DNA from: an uncultured bacterium | GTDB lineage: Bacteria; UBP14; UBA6098; B30-G16 | DNA length: 55,373 nucleotides | NCBI GenBank assembly: GCA_965552135.1 | Contig: CBEVQY010000017.1 | Span: forward strand, 1-55,373 | Direction of reading: 5' to 3' | In this document: positions 20,695-31,213 of the stretch, piece after piece | Layout of the letters: each line of letters begins with the position of its first letter | How positions within the stretch are numbered: position 1 is the stretch's first letter | Made by a program: the position numbers and the translations under genes | The notes under the pieces: generated by a model | What the model was told of the DNA's origin: nothing | What the model saw: the letters and a program-made list of their open reading frames with translations, nothing else | The model's database searches: none

Positions 20695-22756
20695 TGAAAA
20701 GAATCCTTCTTGCGGCGGTCTTTTCCCCCTGCTGCACCTGCACGACGTACACGCCCGCCGGTAGGTCCTGCGGCGACCACACCAGCTTTCGGATTCCCTT
20801 CTCCCTCGTTTCAGCGGGTACGAGCTTGCACACAAGCCTGCCGGTCACGTCGAGCACGCGCGCCGATGCACCTGCAGGGATCTCGAGGCAGACCGAGGAG
20901 TTGAACGGATTTGGGTAGACCTTAAGCGCTATGCTTTTGGGTGCTTTTTGTGCCTCGGCTACGGCGCCGGTGTCGACTGGCGGAGGGACGCCCAAAACGT
21001 ATATCCCCCCTGCGCTGTCGGCGACGAAGAACCTGTCGTTCCAAAAGACTATGTCGCTTGGGGGGAAGTCGAACTCGATGTCGACCCATCCCACCTGCGT
21101 TGTCGGCAATCGTCCCAGCCTGAGCGATATCCCCGTTCGTGCGGTGCAGACGAAAAGCGTATCGAACTCCACAACCGCACCAGCCTCGGAGAGGGGGATC
21201 ATATTGATATACGTTATCGCGCCGGGGTCGGATATGTCGAACATCTTCCAGGTGCCCGCGGACAGGATCCACAGAGTATCGCCGAACAGTTGCATTTGCC
21301 GCGCCGCGGGGATCTCTGCGCTGTCGAGGATCTCGGGGAAGCGGGGGGAGAAGATGCTGTACGAGAAGAGCTTACCGTCGCCCCAGACGAAGGCGTAGTT
21401 TCCCTTTGCTGCGACGAGTGTTGCATTTTCGGGTCGCTCGAACCTGCCCAGGAAGTTCAGTGTTCCCGCTGGCTCGAGGTCGAGCGTGAGCGCGCCCTGG
21501 GGACCGAACGCAACAAGAACCACAGTGTCGGAGATATCCACATCGCTTGCCACGCAGCCCATAACGTAGTAGCTGTCGATGACCGCGCCGCTTTGGTTGA
21601 TCGAGAAGAGTCCCGCGTCGCCCGAAGCGGCAAGGAAAACGCCGCCGGCGTAGAGGATATCGTAGACCGAGCGGTCGAACGCCCAGCTGGGTCTTTCGGA
21701 GAGGTTTTCGTCGGTGAATGTGCGGACGCCGCCCGTTGTGGCTGCCAAAAGCACAGTATCAAGCAGGACGAACCTGTAGGCGTCGCCGGGCGTTTGATAC
21801 TGCAGAGTAAGCGAAAGCGAATCGAGGGCACAGCACCAAACGCCCTTTCCCGGACCTGTGCCGATCGTTCCCGTCACGACGCCTTCGTAGCTTGATGCGG
21901 CGTAGCGCACGCCCTCCATGGGTATCGTCGACACGAGGCTCGGCGAGTAGGGATCGCTTATGTCGACGAGGACGACCTCGCCGCCCGTTGCGCCAACTAT
22001 GTGTTCTTCGTCCCAGAAGGCTGCCTCAAAGCCTCCGCCGGTTGAAACGGTGGCGCAGTACTCCGGCGACGAAGGAACGGATATGTCGAAGATTATGAAT
22101 CCGTTTATCACGTCCCCCACGATGAGCTTTTCGTTGCCCACAAGCGCGCTTACCGTCGACCAGGCGGGATCGGATGATGACCAGACGATGCTTGGGTCAA
22201 GCGGGTCGGTCACATCGATGCAGAGGACGGCGGTGGCGGCAACAACGTAGAGGTAGTTTGTGAAGAAAGCCATGTCCTTGACCATATCGCCCACGTCGAT
22301 CTCCGAGAGGGGTATGAGGTGTCCGTCGGGCGCGACGGAGAAGAACCTTACGACGTTCCAGTCGCCTGCGGCAAGGATGGGGTGGGAGAGCGCGATGCCC
22401 ATCGGGAAGACGGTAAAGGGCGCGAAATCTATCGTGTCGAACTTTTCGTCGACGATGCCCACCCAAAGTCCGCGCGCGGACTCCGGGTCCTTCGCCAAAA
22501 GGAAGGCTGTGTCGCCCCTGAATGTGCAGCCGCCAACTTCGAAGTCAAGCTGCGTCGAGCTTATGCTGTCGATGCGCCCGCCGTGGAAAGAGAAGGACGT
22601 CAGCCTGCGTCCGAAAACCCCCCAAAGCCTGTCGCCGGAAAGCCTCATCGCCGAAAGCTCGTCGGGGACAAGACGACGCAGGACGGCAAGCGAATCCCAG
22701 GGAAAGGCGAAAGCGCAGGCAACCGTAAGAAAAGTCGCCAAAAGCACTCGTTTCAT
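20687..22756 (-). CDS. Secreted LVIVD-repeat beta-propeller protein with T9SS type A C-terminal sorting domain
   Basis: Signal peptide, repeats CIDVTDPLDP / IFDISVPSSP / LVDISDPYSP / MFDISDPG, C-terminal VYPNPFN...DVTGR...LPAGVY...RRILFIR. Confidence 0.82.
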   Translation of the reverse strand: MKRVLLATFLTVACAFAFPWDSLAVLRRLVPDELSAMRLSGDRLWGVFGRRLTSFSFHGGRIDSISSTQLDFEVGGCTFRGDTAFLLAKDPESARGLWVGIVDEKFDTIDFAPFTVFPMGIALSHPILAAGDWNVVRFFSVAPDGHLIPLSEIDVGDMVKDMAFFTNYLYVVAATAVLCIDVTDPLDPSIVWSSSDPAWSTVSALVGNEKLIVGDVINGFIIFDISVPSSPEYCATVSTGGGFEAAFWDEEHIVGATGGEVVLVDISDPYSPSLVSTIPMEGVRYAASSYEGVVTGTIGTGPGKGVWCCALDSLSLTLQYQTPGDAYRFVLLDTVLLAATTGGVRTFTDENLSERPSWAFDRSVYDILYAGGVFLAASGDAGLFSINQSGAVIDSYYVMGCVASDVDISDTVVLVAFGPQGALTLDLEPAGTLNFLGRFERPENATLVAAKGNYAFVWGDGKLFSYSIFSPRFPEILDSAEIPAARQMQLFGDTLWILSAGTWKMFDISDPGAITYINMIPLSEAGAVVEFDTLFVCTARTGISLRLGRLPTTQVGWVDIEFDFPPSDIVFWNDRFFVADSAGGIYVLGVPPPVDTGAVAEAQKAPKSIALKVYPNPFNSSVCLEIPAGASARVLDVTGRLVCKLVPAETREKGIRKLVWSPQDLPAGVYVVQVQQGEKTAARRILFIR

Positions 22757-22819
22757 AGCAAAACCTCCGCAGGGATTTTTGATTAAGTAATATAGCGCCT
22801 TCCCTGTCCTTGGAAAGGT

Positions 22820-23431
22820 TTATCTGTGCCAGCCTATGATGCCTGTGGTCGTTTTGCGGGGGAGGAGCATCCCGAACTCGTTGACCGAGACACCTATTCT
22901 CTCTGCCCCAAGCAGGTCGACTATGACCCTGTTGAACTCGAGCTTCAGGTCTCCGTATCCCGGCGAGAAGCGGTTTGTTGTGGTCATGCCTGCGGTTTTT
23001 GCCCTTTGGCGCGTGATCCTCGAGACGGCTCTAGCCGTTGCCTCGGCGGCTTCTGAGCCGAAGGCGTCCCAGAGGAGCGCCTCGCGCGCACAACCGCCTC
23101 TCGAAAGGACTGCGCTCCGCTCCTCGACGCCAGAGCCTATGGTAGCCACGTAAAGCGTGACGATTTCCGCTGAGCGCAGGATTCTCGCCAAAGCGGCGCT
23201 TTCGAGCCTTACGTTCCCCACAAGCTCCACGTGCGAGTCGCTTCGCGCAGCCACAGAAAGCTCACCGAAAATTATCCTCGGATCGCATAGGGCGAGCATT
23301 TGCGGAAGGATTTTTTCGAGTTCCTGAGCTTCTTTTTCGGGTACGGCGGTGGTTTTTCCGTATCCTGCCCGCGCCAGAACCCGAAGCGGCGAGATATCGA
23401 GCGCAACATGCTCGATGAGCTTGACCCTCAT
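22820..23431 (-). CDS. Stand-alone methionine synthase (MetH) reactivation-domain-like protein
   Basis: YVATIG, DAFGSEAAE, RFSPGYGDL, IGVSV...MLLPRKTTTGIIG. The ATG at 23431 overlaps the upstream stop (ATGA). Confidence 0.82.
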   Translation of the reverse strand: MRVKLIEHVALDISPLRVLARAGYGKTTAVPEKEAQELEKILPQMLALCDPRIIFGELSVAARSDSHVELVGNVRLESAALARILRSAEIVTLYVATIGSGVEERSAVLSRGGCAREALLWDAFGSEAAEATARAVSRITRQRAKTAGMTTTNRFSPGYGDLKLEFNRVIVDLLGAERIGVSVNEFGMLLPRKTTTGIIGWHR

Positions 23432-24852
23432 TTTATGCCGAACTTCTTGAGCTTGCGGTACAGCGTTCGTGTTGAGATGCCCAAAAGCTTTGCCGCCTCC
23501 TTTCTTGAGCCGCCGCTTATGCGCAAAGCCTCCTCTATCGCCTCTTTTTCGGCGGCTTCGAGCGATGGCGGCGTCTCGAGCCTCTCGAGAATCGCCCGAA
23601 GCATAACGTTGTTCTGCCTGAGCACCGCAAGAATTTGGGAGAGGAGCTGGGTTTGTTCTTGGGGCTGTTCGGTCTGCAGCGCTGGGAGCATTCTTCCAAG
23701 CTGGCTGTGTTCGGCGAAGTATGGTTTTAGGTCGTTGCCGCGGACGACTGCGCCGTCGGCGAGCAGAACCGCCGTCTCCACAAGGTTTCTCAGCTCGCGC
23801 ACGTTGCCGGGCCAGTGGTAGTTCATCATTGCTTCGAGTGCGTCGTCGCTGAAGCCGGCGAAGCTTGCCCCGTGTTTGTGCGCGGCTTCGGCGGCAAAGT
23901 ACGCCGCAAGGACGGGGATGTCCTCGGGGCGCTCGCGGAGAGGTGGGATAAAGATCCTCACGCCGCACAGGCGATAGTACAGGTCGGCTCTGAACTTGCC
24001 CTGCTTTATCAGGGTTTTGGGGTCTTTGTTCGTTGCGGCGACTATGCGCACGTCGGCGCGCTTGGGCTCCGCCGAGCCCACGGGGAAGAACTCTCCGCTC
24101 TCAAGCACCCGCAAAAGCTTGACCTGCACCGCCGGCGGAACTTCCGCGACTTCGTCGAGGAATAGCGTTCCGCCGCGCGCCTGCTCGAAGAAGCCGCCGA
24201 AGTCCCTGTGTGCGCCCGTAAACGCGCCCTTCTTGTGCCCGAAAAGCTGCGACTCCAAAAGCGTTTCGGGTATCGCGCCGCAGTTTATCGCAACAAAAGG
24301 TCCTTCGCTGCGGGGCGAGTGGTTGTGGATGGCTTTTGCCACAAGCTCCTTGCCCGTGCCGCTCTCGCCCACAATAAGGACGGTTATGTCGGTTTTTGCG
24401 ATGCGCAGTATGGTGTCGGCGACGGCGACAAGCGCCTCGGACCTGCCGACAAGACCGCACTCCGACATAACACGCCTGCGCCTTATGAGTGCCGCGACTT
24501 CGCGCCTTATCGCCCTCTGCGGGCTTGGGGGGACGATCGCATCGACCAGGGTGCGAAGCTCGGCGCAATCTTCGCAGACAAGCAGGATCGGCAGAAGGGG
24601 CTTTTTGTGAGCCACGGCTTTGAGGAACTTCGGCAGCGAGAGCCTTCCCTCGCCTGCAGCTACCACAACGGCTGCGTCGAAGTCGCGTTCCCTAAGGGAC
24701 CGCAGGAACTCGTCCTGGCTTCGGCAGATGACGTCGCCGAAGCCGACCACGCCCGCGCTGTCGAGAACGATTATGCCGCCCTCGCGCTCCACAAAGGCAA
24801 AGATACCCCGCCGCGGGGCGCTCCTCAAGCGAAAAAGCGGATAACCGCGCAC
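23428..24852 (-). CDS. Sigma-54-dependent Fis-family transcriptional activator
   Basis: GESGTGKE, ESQLFGHKKGAFTGA, LFLDEV, FRADLYYRL, WPGNVREL, C-terminal HTH AAKLLGISTRTLYRKL. Start position uncertain. Confidence 0.93.
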   Translation of the reverse strand: MRGYPLFRLRSAPRRGIFAFVEREGGIIVLDSAGVVGFGDVICRSQDEFLRSLRERDFDAAVVVAAGEGRLSLPKFLKAVAHKKPLLPILLVCEDCAELRTLVDAIVPPSPQRAIRREVAALIRRRRVMSECGLVGRSEALVAVADTILRIAKTDITVLIVGESGTGKELVAKAIHNHSPRSEGPFVAINCGAIPETLLESQLFGHKKGAFTGAHRDFGGFFEQARGGTLFLDEVAEVPPAVQVKLLRVLESGEFFPVGSAEPKRADVRIVAATNKDPKTLIKQGKFRADLYYRLCGVRIFIPPLRERPEDIPVLAAYFAAEAAHKHGASFAGFSDDALEAMMNYHWPGNVRELRNLVETAVLLADGAVVRGNDLKPYFAEHSQLGRMLPALQTEQPQEQTQLLSQILAVLRQNNVMLRAILERLETPPSLEAAEKEAIEEALRISGGSRKEAAKLLGISTRTLYRKLKKFGIK

Positions 24853-24922
24853 CGCAAAAATTCGGATTGTTCGCTTTGGCGGGCGGGCTTAAATTTTTGT
24901 TGCGAAGCACGGAGGGCCAAGG

Positions 24923-27847
24923 ATGCGGAGATGTGTTTTGTGTTTGGTGGCGGCGTTTGCCGTTCTGTGGGCTTTTGCGCCCGGGGAGCCTACGGGTTGC
25001 GTGCCAAAGTTGGGGTATGAGCTTGAGCACAGACGCATCGACGGGTTCGACGTCGCCTGGGACGGCGCGCGGGGGACGGCGAGGTTCGTGTTCCCAAAGG
25101 CGCTTCGCCTCCCCACCGACGGCGAGAAGATGCTCGATGCGGCGCTTCGGTTCGTCGATGAGCACAGGGCGCTTTTCGGCGTCGCGTCCGATGAGCTCGT
25201 TCCGGCTGCGCCTGTGGAGAGGCTTGGCAAGTTTTGGCTGAACCTGCGGCAGAGGCATCTTGGGCTGCCCGTGCTGGACGGCGTTGTGTACTTCCGCGTC
25301 GCCCCAGATGGGGATGTTTTTCTCTTCGGCAGCAGGGCGTTTACGGCTTTCTCGCCGCCCGACGGCGTGGCGAGGGTTGAGGCATCCGACGCGGTTTCCT
25401 CCGCCGTGCGCAGCCTGAGGGAGCTTGAGCTTGCACAGCCCATCCGACGACCGGAGCTTGTGTGGTTCCCCGCGGGGAGCACAGCCGCCCTCGCGTGGCA
25501 GATCGACTTCGCCGCAAAGCCGCCCAGCAGAATCAGGGCGTGGGTGGATGCGCAGAATGGCTCCGTTTTAGGGTGGACGAACCTCGTCAACTTCTACGAC
25601 CTCTCGGGAGATGTGCGGATATGCTACCTCCCCAACTTCTTCGACGACCCGTACGATACAGCGGCGTTCGGGTTCGGGCGAATATCGTTCAATTACGTCC
25701 AGTCGACGACGACGGACGAGGAAGGTCACTACTACCTTGATGCGTGGCTTGGGTATGTGTATCAGCCTTTGCGCAGTTGGCTTAAGGGTCTTTGGGTCGA
25801 CGTCGAGCGCATGGACGGACCTGAAGCTATGCTTTTGACCTATCTTTCTCCACCCGCCACGTTCAGCTGGACGTGGACGGACACGCTGGCTATTCCCGAC
25901 GAGCTTAATCTCTACTATCACACCAACTACATCCACGGCTACTACAAGCGTCTTGATCCCGGGATGGTGGGTTTGGACTATCCCGTTCCTGCGCGTGCGC
26001 GCGTTCCCGACACGCCCGGCAACGCCTATTGGGATGGCTACGGCACCAACTACGGCGCGGGCGATGAGTCGACGCGAAATTTCGCGCTCTTCGCAGATGT
26101 CATCTACCACGAGTACACACACGGGGTTACGGCTTGGATTTACCGCGATGCCTATTTCCCCTATGCCGGCGAGCCCGGGGCGCTCAACGAAGCCTTCTCG
26201 GATTATTTCGCCTGCACCAACACCGGCTACCCATACGCGGGGTACCGCGTTCCGACGGACGACACGTACTTCCGCAGCCTCGAGAACGACCTCGTTTACC
26301 CCGACGACTGGTTCGGCGAGCCCCACTACGACAGCCGCATGATAAGCGCCGCCTTCTGGGAGATAAGGCAGCACCTCTATCCCGAGCGCGTTGGCAGAGC
26401 CGACACCATCGTCCACTTCACGCGCTACTCCTGCGCCAACACCTTCGACGACTTCGCCGTCGAGTGCTTCTTTACCGCCGACGACGACGGGAATATCTCC
26501 AACGGCTGTCCCGACTTCGCCTGCATCGCCAACTCCTTCGCCCGCCACGGCATAGGACCCGGCAGGTACCCGAATTTCGTCATAGCGCTTGCAGACCTTG
26601 AGGACCTCGGCGACGGCGACGGAAACTTCGAGCCGTCGGAGCAGATCAGGATGACGGTGAAGATAAAGTACGCACAGCCCTACACGAGGATCCCCGATTT
26701 CCCCTTCCCGCCGGTTGATGGCGTTTACGCTTACGTTTTCCCCGGCGACGAGGCGCTTGCGGTGGTCGACGAATACGCCGACGTGGGGGCGATGTCCTAC
26801 GGCGACTCCGTTTTGGCGAGCTTTGTGCTCGCCGTGGACGAGGACGTCGTTCCGCACTGGGCTTCCGTTTCGGTGTTCGTCGGTTCGGCTGTGGATGCTG
26901 AGGTCGTGGTGCGGGAGTTTTCACTTCCCGTCGGTAGCCCGCAGGTGCTCATCGTCGACGGAAGCGGCGAACCCGGGCTGATCGATTACTACACCGCCGC
27001 GTTCGACGAGATACCCGTCATCTGGAATGGCTTTACGGCGACCGACTCGACCCCCACCGCGGAGGTTATGTCGGAGTATCCCGTTGTGCTTTGGTTCACA
27101 GGCGGCGCTCGGAACTGCCTGACCGCGCAGAACATGCTCGAGATCTCGAGCTACCTGGACGGTGGCGGCAAACTTGTTCTCACGGGTCAGGACGGCTTCG
27201 ACGACCCCTCCTACTCCGACTGGCTTGCCGAGTACTTCGGCGCCAACGTCGCCGACGATAGTCTCTTCGCCCTCTACGTAAACGGCGTTGCGGGTGACGT
27301 TTTGGGCGATGGGTTTGATCTTATGATCTTCGGCTCTGCGGGTGCGAACAACCAGCGCTCGCCCTCGGCGCTGGATCCCTTGGGCGGCACGCCCTTCGCG
27401 ACCTATTCTGCTTCGGGCTCGCCCGTCGCCGCCGTACGCTACGACGCAGGGGCGTTTAAAACGGTCGTCGCTGGCTTCGGGCTCGAGGCGGTCGTCGAAA
27501 GCGGAGCGAACATCTCGCTCGGCGAAGCCCTGAGGAGGATACTCGACTGGCTGGGCGTGCCCATCTACTCCTCTTGTTCCGAGGGGCTCTCTAAGCCCCG
27601 CGCAGTGTCGCTTTCCGCCAGACCAACCCCCTTCAACGACTTCGTCGCCCTGAGGTTCGACGGTCCTGCGGGTGCGGTTGGCGTGCTCAGGGTGTTTGAT
27701 CCCTTGGGCAGGGTGGTCTTTGAGCGCGAGCTGGGCGCAGGGGATGTCGTGAGGTGGAGCCCCCGAGGGTGCTCCGCGGGGGTTTACATCTGCAGGGTAG
27801 ACTCGCAGGCAGGTCGCGCGGTCGCAAAGGTCGTGTATCTGAAGTAG
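24923..27847 (+). CDS. Secreted thermolysin-like (M4) metallopeptidase with propeptide and T9SS C-terminal domain
   Basis: Signal peptide, FTP/PepSY-like prodomain (WVDAQNGSVL), NAYWDG, HEYTH, GALNEAFSD, PHYDS. C-terminal PTPFN...FDPLGR...AGVY...KVVYLK. Confidence 0.88.
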   Translation: MRRCVLCLVAAFAVLWAFAPGEPTGCVPKLGYELEHRRIDGFDVAWDGARGTARFVFPKALRLPTDGEKMLDAALRFVDEHRALFGVASDELVPAAPVERLGKFWLNLRQRHLGLPVLDGVVYFRVAPDGDVFLFGSRAFTAFSPPDGVARVEASDAVSSAVRSLRELELAQPIRRPELVWFPAGSTAALAWQIDFAAKPPSRIRAWVDAQNGSVLGWTNLVNFYDLSGDVRICYLPNFFDDPYDTAAFGFGRISFNYVQSTTTDEEGHYYLDAWLGYVYQPLRSWLKGLWVDVERMDGPEAMLLTYLSPPATFSWTWTDTLAIPDELNLYYHTNYIHGYYKRLDPGMVGLDYPVPARARVPDTPGNAYWDGYGTNYGAGDESTRNFALFADVIYHEYTHGVTAWIYRDAYFPYAGEPGALNEAFSDYFACTNTGYPYAGYRVPTDDTYFRSLENDLVYPDDWFGEPHYDSRMISAAFWEIRQHLYPERVGRADTIVHFTRYSCANTFDDFAVECFFTADDDGNISNGCPDFACIANSFARHGIGPGRYPNFVIALADLEDLGDGDGNFEPSEQIRMTVKIKYAQPYTRIPDFPFPPVDGVYAYVFPGDEALAVVDEYADVGAMSYGDSVLASFVLAVDEDVVPHWASVSVFVGSAVDAEVVVREFSLPVGSPQVLIVDGSGEPGLIDYYTAAFDEIPVIWNGFTATDSTPTAEVMSEYPVVLWFTGGARNCLTAQNMLEISSYLDGGGKLVLTGQDGFDDPSYSDWLAEYFGANVADDSLFALYVNGVAGDVLGDGFDLMIFGSAGANNQRSPSALDPLGGTPFATYSASGSPVAAVRYDAGAFKTVVAGFGLEAVVESGANISLGEALRRILDWLGVPIYSSCSEGLSKPRAVSLSARPTPFNDFVALRFDGPAGAVGVLRVFDPLGRVVFERELGAGDVVRWSPRGCSAGVYICRVDSQAGRAVAKVVYLK

Positions 27848-27848
27848 G

Positions 27849-28694
27849 ATGAGAAATCTGCAGGACATTTTGAGGAACATAAGGTCGGTGAAGGTTATGG
27901 GGGTTGTTAACGTGACCCCCGATTCGTTTTCCGACGGCGGCTTTTTCTACGACCTCGACAGCGCGCTTTCTGCGGTGGAGCGGATGGTTAGCGCTGGCGT
28001 TGATGTGGTCGACATTGGCGGCGAGTCGACTCGCCCCGGCGCAGAGCCGGTACCACTGGACGAGGAGCTGCGCAGGGTGATCCCGGTCATCGAGGCGGTC
28101 AAGCGCAACTTCCCCGAGCTTGTGGTGTCGGTGGATACTTACAAATCTGCGGTTGCGCGCGCGGCGCTTGACGCAGGCGCACAGTGGATAAACGACATCT
28201 CCGGCGGAACGTTTTCGGAGGATATGTTCGAGGTTGCCGCCCAGCGCAATGCCGTCATCGTCATCTCGCACATCAAGGGCACACCGCGCGATATGCAGAA
28301 GAACCCCCACTACGACGACGTCGTGGGCGAGATCAAGGGGTTTCTTGCCCGAAGGGCGCAGGAGGCTCAGAGGGCTGGCGTTCCGCCCGAGAGGATCGTT
28401 GTCGACCCCGGCATCGGCTTCGGCAAAAGGTTCGAGGACAACATAGTGATCCTGCAGAACATAGCGGAGTTCAAGCGCCTTGGCTACAGGCTCCTGCTCG
28501 GGACCTCGCGCAAGTCGTTCATAGGCTACTACACCGGCGAGCCTGATCCTCTGCGGCGCGACCCGGGGTCGTACGTGACCTTCCTCTGGTCGGCGGCGCA
28601 CGGAGCCGATATCATAAGGGTGCACGATGTCCCCGGGACGATGCAGGCGCTTAAGATGGCTGCGGCGCTTCTTTCGGGATTTCAGCCGCCCTGA
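27849..28694 (+). CDS. folP: Dihydropteroate synthase
   Basis: MGVVNVTPDSFSDGG, DIGGESTRPGA, SVDTYK, DPGIGFGK, GTSRKSFIG, IIRVHDV. Confidence 0.97.
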   Translation: MRNLQDILRNIRSVKVMGVVNVTPDSFSDGGFFYDLDSALSAVERMVSAGVDVVDIGGESTRPGAEPVPLDEELRRVIPVIEAVKRNFPELVVSVDTYKSAVARAALDAGAQWINDISGGTFSEDMFEVAAQRNAVIVISHIKGTPRDMQKNPHYDDVVGEIKGFLARRAQEAQRAGVPPERIVVDPGIGFGKRFEDNIVILQNIAEFKRLGYRLLLGTSRKSFIGYYTGEPDPLRRDPGSYVTFLWSAAHGADIIRVHDVPGTMQALKMAAALLSGFQPP

Positions 28695-31117
28695 TCAGCT
28701 TCGCACGCCTCGTCCTCGTCTTTGGCTGCGATAAACGCTATCGTTGCTCCGTCGCCGCCTTCGCGCTCGCTGGGCAGACCAAGCCGCGAAACGCGGGGAT
28801 CGTCGTGGAGCTTGTCCCTTATGTACCGCCGCAGAACTCCCCTGCCCTTCCCGTGGACGATGAGGATCTTTTCCACCTCGGCGGCGATGGCGTCGTCTAA
28901 CGCCCTGTCGACCTTGTCCCACGCGTCTTCGGGGGACATCCCGCGGACGTCGAGTTTTTCGGGCACGTCGGGCATGCGGTACGATACGCCGCCCGCACCT
29001 TTCTTGCGTCGCTTGCGCTCGTACTCCGCCTCGGTGTCGACTCCGCTTGAGTGGAGCCGCAGCGCCATGTTACCCACAAGGACCTTGACGAAACCCTGTT
29101 CGTCGGTGGGCTCGACGACGTCTCCCCACCGGTGCAGCCTGTATACGAACACCCGCTGTCCCGCCGCAAGCTTTTTGGGCATTCCTCGCCTTCGGGCGGC
29201 TTCGCGCTCTGCCCGCCTCAGGCGCCTCTTGAGGCGGGCGATGAATTCCTCTGCGCGCTGGCGCTTGCGCGGCGGCGGACCCTCGCGGAGTATACCATCC
29301 CACTCCTCCCTTATCCTCTCAAGCTCGCGCTGTATCGCCGCGACCATGCGGGCGTCGCGCTGCTCCTCGTAGGCGCGCCGAAGTCGCGATATCTCCTGCT
29401 CCTTGCGCCTGTTGGCGGCGATAAGGCTCTCCAAAAGCTCGCGCTTGCTCCTGAGCTCAGCCTCCTGTTCCCTGAGTCTCTGCCTTATGTCTTCTACCTC
29501 GCGCAGTCGCGCGTGGAGGTTCGAGATGAGCTTGTCGAGCTTGCCCCCGCCCTCCGAAAGCTTTTGCGCCCGCGTCAGGATCTCCTTCGGCAGTCCGAGC
29601 ATCGCCGCCGTCTGCACCGCCCAGCTCTTGCCGGGAACGCCCAGAAGGAGCCTGTATGTTGGCTCCATGCGTTCGTGGTCGAACTCCATCGCGGCGTTTG
29701 CCACATCGTCCCTCTGCGCTGCGAATGCAACAAGCCCCCCGAGGTGAGTGTTCGCCACGACCGTTGCGCCCCGCTCCAGGAGGTACTCAACAAGAGCCCA
29801 CGCAAGCGGCGTCCCCTCCTGAGGGTCCGTTGCGCTGCCGAGCTCGTCGAAGAGCACAAGCGACTCCTCGTCGGCGCCCTCGGCGGCAAGCCTGTAGTGG
29901 ACTATGTGGCTCGCGAAGGATGAGAGGCTCGCCTCGACCGATTGCTCGTCGCCTATGTCGGCGAAGAACTTCCTGTAGAGCGGGAGCTGCGTCTTCGCCC
30001 CCGCGGGCACCGGCAGACCGCACGCTGCCATAAGGGCTAAAAGCCCTATCGTCTTGAGTGCAACCGTCTTGCCGCCCATGTTCGGACCCGTTATGATGAT
30101 GCACTTAACGCCCGTGGGCAGGTCAACATCGAGCGGGACGACGGCATCTGCGCCGCGCTCGAGAAGGAGGATGGGGTGTCTTGCCCCCGCTATGACCATC
30201 GGGTTTCCCTTTGCGACCGAGGGCTGGTTTGCGCCTATCTCGTCGGCGAAGCGCGCAACGGCCACGAGGAAGTCGAGGTAATGCAGCACCTCGAGGTTTG
30301 CCAGAAGACTTTGGGCATACGCGGCAACTAAGCCGGAGAGCGTTCGCAGGATGCGGTTCTTCTCCGCCTTCTCCTCGAGCTCGAGCTCGCGGAGCTGGTT
30401 GTTGAGCGGCACGATCTCAAGCGGTTCCACGAAAAGCGTTGCGCCCGAGGCTGATCTGTCGTGAATGACGCCGGGGAGGTGTTGTTTGTGCTCCGCCTTA
30501 AGCGGCAGGACGAAGCGCTCGTTGCGAAGCGTTATGAGCGGCTCCTGCCAGAAATCGCGGTACCTTTCGTCCTCAAGCATAGCCTCGAGCTTTGCCTGCA
30601 GCCTTTCGCGGACATCCTTTTTGGCGAGTCGGAGCTGGCGCAGCTTCTCCGAAGCGTCCTCCTTGAAGACGCCCGGCGCGGCGATGAACCGCTGTATGTT
30701 CGAGTGTACGGCGGGCGTGTCGGTGAGGTTATCCAAAAGCGCCCTCACCCTCGGAAAGCGGCTTGGGTTTGCGGCTATCCTGGTGAGCCTGTGGACGATG
30801 GCGCTGACTTCGCTTATAAGCCAAAGCTCCTCCTCGGTAAGAACGCCCTCCTTTGTGGCTTTGTCGATGGATGCTTCGGGGTCAGACAGACCCGCGAGGT
30901 CGGGCTGCCCGCTTGTGGCAAGAAGCTGCCTGAGCTCCTCAACGAGTTCCTGCCTTTGGCGTATGAGCTCTTCGTCGTCGATGGGGGCGAGCGCCCACAC
31001 GTGCCTCCTGCCGCCTTCGGAGACGCACCGCGAGGCGATGGCGCTTTTGACCTTCGGAAACTCCAAAACCTCCATCGCGTGCGCAAGCGGATCAATGTCG
31101 CTTTCGGGGAAGAGCAT
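28682..31117 (-). CDS. mutS2: Endonuclease MutS2
   Basis: HDRSASGATLFVEP, ITGPNMGGKT, DIGDEQS, FDELGSATDP, C-terminal Smr domain (IVHGKGRGVLR...GGDGAT). The ATG at 31117 is preferred. Confidence 0.95.
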   Translation of the reverse strand: MLFPESDIDPLAHAMEVLEFPKVKSAIASRCVSEGGRRHVWALAPIDDEELIRQRQELVEELRQLLATSGQPDLAGLSDPEASIDKATKEGVLTEEELWLISEVSAIVHRLTRIAANPSRFPRVRALLDNLTDTPAVHSNIQRFIAAPGVFKEDASEKLRQLRLAKKDVRERLQAKLEAMLEDERYRDFWQEPLITLRNERFVLPLKAEHKQHLPGVIHDRSASGATLFVEPLEIVPLNNQLRELELEEKAEKNRILRTLSGLVAAYAQSLLANLEVLHYLDFLVAVARFADEIGANQPSVAKGNPMVIAGARHPILLLERGADAVVPLDVDLPTGVKCIIITGPNMGGKTVALKTIGLLALMAACGLPVPAGAKTQLPLYRKFFADIGDEQSVEASLSSFASHIVHYRLAAEGADEESLVLFDELGSATDPQEGTPLAWALVEYLLERGATVVANTHLGGLVAFAAQRDDVANAAMEFDHERMEPTYRLLLGVPGKSWAVQTAAMLGLPKEILTRAQKLSEGGGKLDKLISNLHARLREVEDIRQRLREQEAELRSKRELLESLIAANRRKEQEISRLRRAYEEQRDARMVAAIQRELERIREEWDGILREGPPPRKRQRAEEFIARLKRRLRRAEREAARRRGMPKKLAAGQRVFVYRLHRWGDVVEPTDEQGFVKVLVGNMALRLHSSGVDTEAEYERKRRKKGAGGVSYRMPDVPEKLDVRGMSPEDAWDKVDRALDDAIAAEVEKILIVHGKGRGVLRRYIRDKLHDDPRVSRLGLPSEREGGDGATIAFIAAKDEDEACEADQGG

Positions 31118-31152
31118 AGCAGTGGAAAGATATTTCGCCTGCGGGGCGCGGC

Positions 31153-31181
31153 AAAGAGAAAAGGCGGGGAGCATCCCCGCC
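31153..31181 (-). terminator. Rho-independent terminator after the DUF1573 gene
   Basis: Minus strand: GGCGGGGA-TGC-TCCCCGCC hairpin followed by TTTTCTCTTT. Confidence 0.65.
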
Positions 31182-31213
31182 CTGCCCGACGAAAGCGAAG
31201 AGCCGGTCGGAGG

